DNA from: a virus
Taxonomy: Duplodnaviria > Caudoviricetes
DNA: 64,000 nucleotides
IMG/VR virus record: IMGVR_UViG_3300037249_000709
Span: 32,001-96,000 of that record
Strand: one strand, 5' to 3'
Positions 60,561 through 64,000 of the stretch are shown here, piece by piece. A model generated the notes under the pieces. It was given only the letters and a program-made list of their open reading frames with translations, was not told where the DNA came from and searched no databases. Position 1 is the stretch's first letter, and each line of letters begins with the position of its first letter. The position numbers and the translations under genes are program-made.

Positions 60561-60586
60561 CAATTAAGAAAAGGGATTGAAGTTCA

Positions 60587-60775
60587 ATGAGTGATAAATC
60601 TAATTTTTATTGCTACTCCTTCAAACTATATCATTTTTTATGTGCGTTTGGAGAAAGTTGCAAATTAACAAAGAAAAATCCCACAAGTGGCAATCGTTAT
60701 TGGGTATTTGCAAAATCGAAAAAACTCGATGAGATTATTTCGCTTTATAATAGCGTGAAACATAAGATTAGTTGA
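60587..60775 (+). CDS. DUF5659-like small protein
   Basis: FYCYS.KL..FL...G...YWVF. Confidence 0.55.
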   Translation: MSDKSNFYCYSFKLYHFLCAFGESCKLTKKNPTSGNRYWVFAKSKKLDEIISLYNSVKHKIS

Positions 60776-60807
60776 CATCTAAAAGTTTTAATTGAAATTG
60801 GAGGAAT

Positions 60808-63308
60808 ATGAAAATGACAGATATAAGCAAAACAGAGGTTGTAGAGCAAGAATTAAATCTTGATAAAAAGGTAGTTGTTAAAAGTATAGCCGGCTGGACA
60901 GTGGGTTTCGCCCGGCTTGATGGATTTGGGGATATTTCTATTGCACCAGAAGGCAGGACTTCTTTATCAAGGAATGAGATAATTGCACAGGTTCAAAGTG
61001 GAAATAAACTTTTTGCTGGAATTGATGGAATGGGAAGCCACGCAACAATTTATATTGAGGATGCTCCCACTCGTAGGGAAGTTGACTTTGAAAGCGACGA
61101 TGGTAAAACTAAACAGGTGTTTTTCTCGGATAATGCAATTAAGAAGATTTTCGATATTAAATCACAGGATGCTTTTGAGGAAGCGTTTAAGAAAACAATC
61201 GTTACAAGAGCAGAAAAATACGCAGCCTCTAAAGCTATCAAGAGATTAGGAATAAGCGATTATTCTAAGATAGTGTTTGCAGTAGATTACACGGGTTATA
61301 AAATTTAATAGATTGGTGGTGAGCCGCTATGAGCGTAACAAGCGCACAAGATATATACCAAAGTTTTGAGGCATCTTTTCGTGATAAGACCGAAATACCC
61401 GAAAGTTTGGAACACGAATGGCTCTTAAAGGCGATAGCTCGTTATTCCGTTGAATTGTCCACATTGAATTTTGATGAAGAAAATTCCGTGTTTGATATTA
61501 AGCTCGATAGATATGTAATAGATTCGCTTGCGGCATTTATGAAGCAAAGCTACCAAGAAAGAGAAGTATCAAAGGCGAATAAGCGAGTTTCTATTGTGGG
61601 CAAAGACATTAGCATAAATTCTGGTGGACACGATAAAACCGCTGCCCGTAACGAAATGGAATATGATAAATCTAAGTCCTCACAAATGATACAAAACCAA
61701 AAGCAAACCGCTTATGTATAAGGTGGTGGATAAATGTCAAAAGAATGGTATTTAATGAAGTCACCATATGACCAATTAAGTGGATTTGAAGATGATGCCT
61801 TATTGGATTTTGCACAAGAAGGGTTTGAGGAAATTCAAGCATCGGAAATGGCGGAAACGGTGGAGTTATATAACTATGATTTATCAGAGTGTCAACAGCT
61901 TAGAGTTGTAATTCAAGATAAGGTAACAGACACAAAATTGAAAACCTTGTCAAGATTGATGCTGGCACGTATAGGTAGTTGCAAAGCCGGTATGTATGTT
62001 AAATATAAAAACCGCTTTTGGCTTATTGTTGGTTTAGTCGATGATAATAAGATGTATGAAAAAGCCGTTTTGTCATTGTGTAATTACTTGCTCACATGGA
62101 TAAATAAAGAAGGCAAAATTATTCAGCGGTGGGTGAATGCTGTTTCTGCTTCTCAATATAATAATGGCGAGACAAGCACAAGATATTATTATTTAAGAAG
62201 TGACCAGCTCTTGATTATAGCTCCTGATGACGACGAGTGTATATTACTCCAACAAGGCGATAGATTTATTATTGATAAACGGTGCAAGATATATGAAAGG
62301 GCTATGCCGGAAGATGCAACTTTTGATACAAGCAATCCTGTTATTACATACGAAATTACACGTGTTGACTCTGTATTATATGATTATCAAGACAGCGGAC
62401 ACTCCGAATTTATGGTTACTGAAACCGAACAGCATAAAGAAGATGGCTTTTATAGAATAGATGGAAAAGGTTATTGGCTATGCAAGTGTCCACAAATAGA
62501 TGATAAAACCGCACTTTTATCGACAAAAATTAAATACGAGACGAATGAAATTTGCAATGGTCTTGAACCCTGCGTTTTTGTTGCAAGGTTTTTTGATGAG
62601 AGCGGGAAAATAGTCGAGGGCGTTGAAGCGGAATGGTCTATCGAGTGTGATTTCAAAGATAAGTTGGATATTGAGCAAACAGACAATAGCATTTCTATTT
62701 TTGTTGATGATAAATCGTTGCTGAACAAGTCGTTAAAAATAACGCTTTCAGCAGACGGATATGAGCCTTCTACCGTCACTGCATATATTCGAGCATTTTT
62801 GTAAGGTGGTGATTGAGTGAGAGAAAGGCAAAAAGATACATCAGAACTTGGCAAGTTTAAAGACGAAATACACTCTACGCTTTATAAAAGCAAAGATATA
62901 ATTGAACTCTTGCTTGGAGATACAAGTGGACTGAGTGCAGCAGAAATTCGTAAAGAGTTTAAAAATCACGTTAAGTCACACCTTTTTATAGACGACACAA
63001 TTCAGGAAACGGAAACGTTTATTTTTTATGATGTCACTCTCTCTAAGATACGCTCTAATACAAAATCCTGCAAGGTGGTTATGTACTTAATAACACACGC
63101 TGATTTGCTGGATAATTATTTCAAAGAAGGTTATTACGGTAACAGGATAGATATTCTGGTGGAGATGGTTGAAAACGCATTGATAAATGACGAAGAAGTT
63201 TCAAGGAGTTTTGGAATTGGAGAACTTTCATTGGACAGCGTGGATATTTACAATTCCAAAAGGTTTTATGGGCGCATAATGATTTTCGATGTGCCTAATT
63301 TCCGATGA
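60808..63308 (+). CDS. head-completion/neck genes (60808-61308, 61329-61721, 61734-62804, 62817-63308)
   Basis: position after capsid, RBSs, tight packing. Confidence 0.6.
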
Positions 63309-64000
63309 ATAGATTAGATTACGGAACACAAATTAGCTTCGCCCCTATTAGGCTGTCTATTGGTAATATAAGGAAGCCCACTTTGGGAGAGATTGCTGAT
63401 ACTGAAAAAATGGGCTTTGATAAATTCTACTTTATGGAGTTTTTGGCTAAAATGACTCCTAAAGATTATTTTACCAAATTATTAAAAGAGGCGGATGGCG
63501 TAGAAAAATGGGAGAGTATTCCCCAATCCACAAGGAATAATCTCGATATTTTTAATTTAATTATTGCCGATAAACAATTACAAAAGTTGTATTTAGAATT
63601 GCTCAACTTTTTCTTTGAGGAAACCGTCATATATGCGAACGGATATTTTTTTATACTTCAAGATGGAAGTGAAAACAAATCTATTGAACAACTACAACAA
63701 GAAGATATAAAGGGGCTTTTGGGAAAAGAGTTTTTACCAAAAGTTCTTTTTATTATACAACAAATTTGCGGCATTTATTCGGAAGAAGATGATGTCGAAA
63801 ATATGGTGTTCAAAAACGAAAGAATAAAACAAAAATACCTTAAAGCGCAACAAGAAGAAAGAGAACAGAATAGAAAGTCAGACATCAATATGACTATTCC
63901 AAATCTTATTTCATCTGTCAATGGCAAACACCCTTCATTGAATTATACAAACATTTATAAACTAACAATATATCAATTATTAGATACATTTAGTCGTTTA
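63305..64000 (+). CDS. virion-module protein, truncated by window edge
   Basis: ATG at 63305 overlapping the previous stop; MNRLDYGTQISFAPIRLSIGNIRKPTLGEI... Confidence 0.65.
   Translation, partial: MNRLDYGTQISFAPIRLSIGNIRKPTLGEIADTEKMGFDKFYFMEFLAKMTPKDYFTKLLKEADGVEKWESIPQSTRNNLDIFNLIIADKQLQKLYLELLNFFFEETVIYANGYFFILQDGSENKSIEQLQQEDIKGLLGKEFLPKVLFIIQQICGIYSEEDDVENMVFKNERIKQKYLKAQQEEREQNRKSDINMTIPNLISSVNGKHPSLNYTNIYKLTIYQLLDTFSRL

Overview
AT-rich segment of a large SPbeta-like phage or prophage, most likely of a Clostridia/Firmicutes host, with two divergent arms. The left arm (1-41.3 kb, minus strand) is early/accessory. It carries two tRNA clusters (12 tRNAs plus one aberrant tRNA-like gene), an IS607-type TnpB element inserted into a tRNA-Leu, and a Rot-like (TROVE-related plus TerD) gene flanked by five co-varying Y-RNA-like stem-loops. 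It also has a Thg1-like 3'-5' polymerase, a tyrosine recombinase / orphan MazF / MrpR-like repressor block, LPD29, SprT, ArdC-N, gp17-like, beta-clamp, GGCT and amidoligase genes, and many tiny ORFs. In the intergenic DNA of this arm I read a SAM-I-clan riboswitch, one canonical and three variant twister-type ribozymes, three promoter/operator motif families and a roughly 1.7-kb array of TTTTGAAAAA boxes with 46-47 bp period. The right arm (42.9-64 kb, plus strand) has a wHTH protein, a YonO-like single-subunit RNA polymerase, a GIY-YIG endonuclease, a beta-CASP RNase, ClpP, a phosphoesterase, HU, terminase, portal, scaffold, major capsid and head-completion genes. All calls are by eye from motifs; no database search was run.
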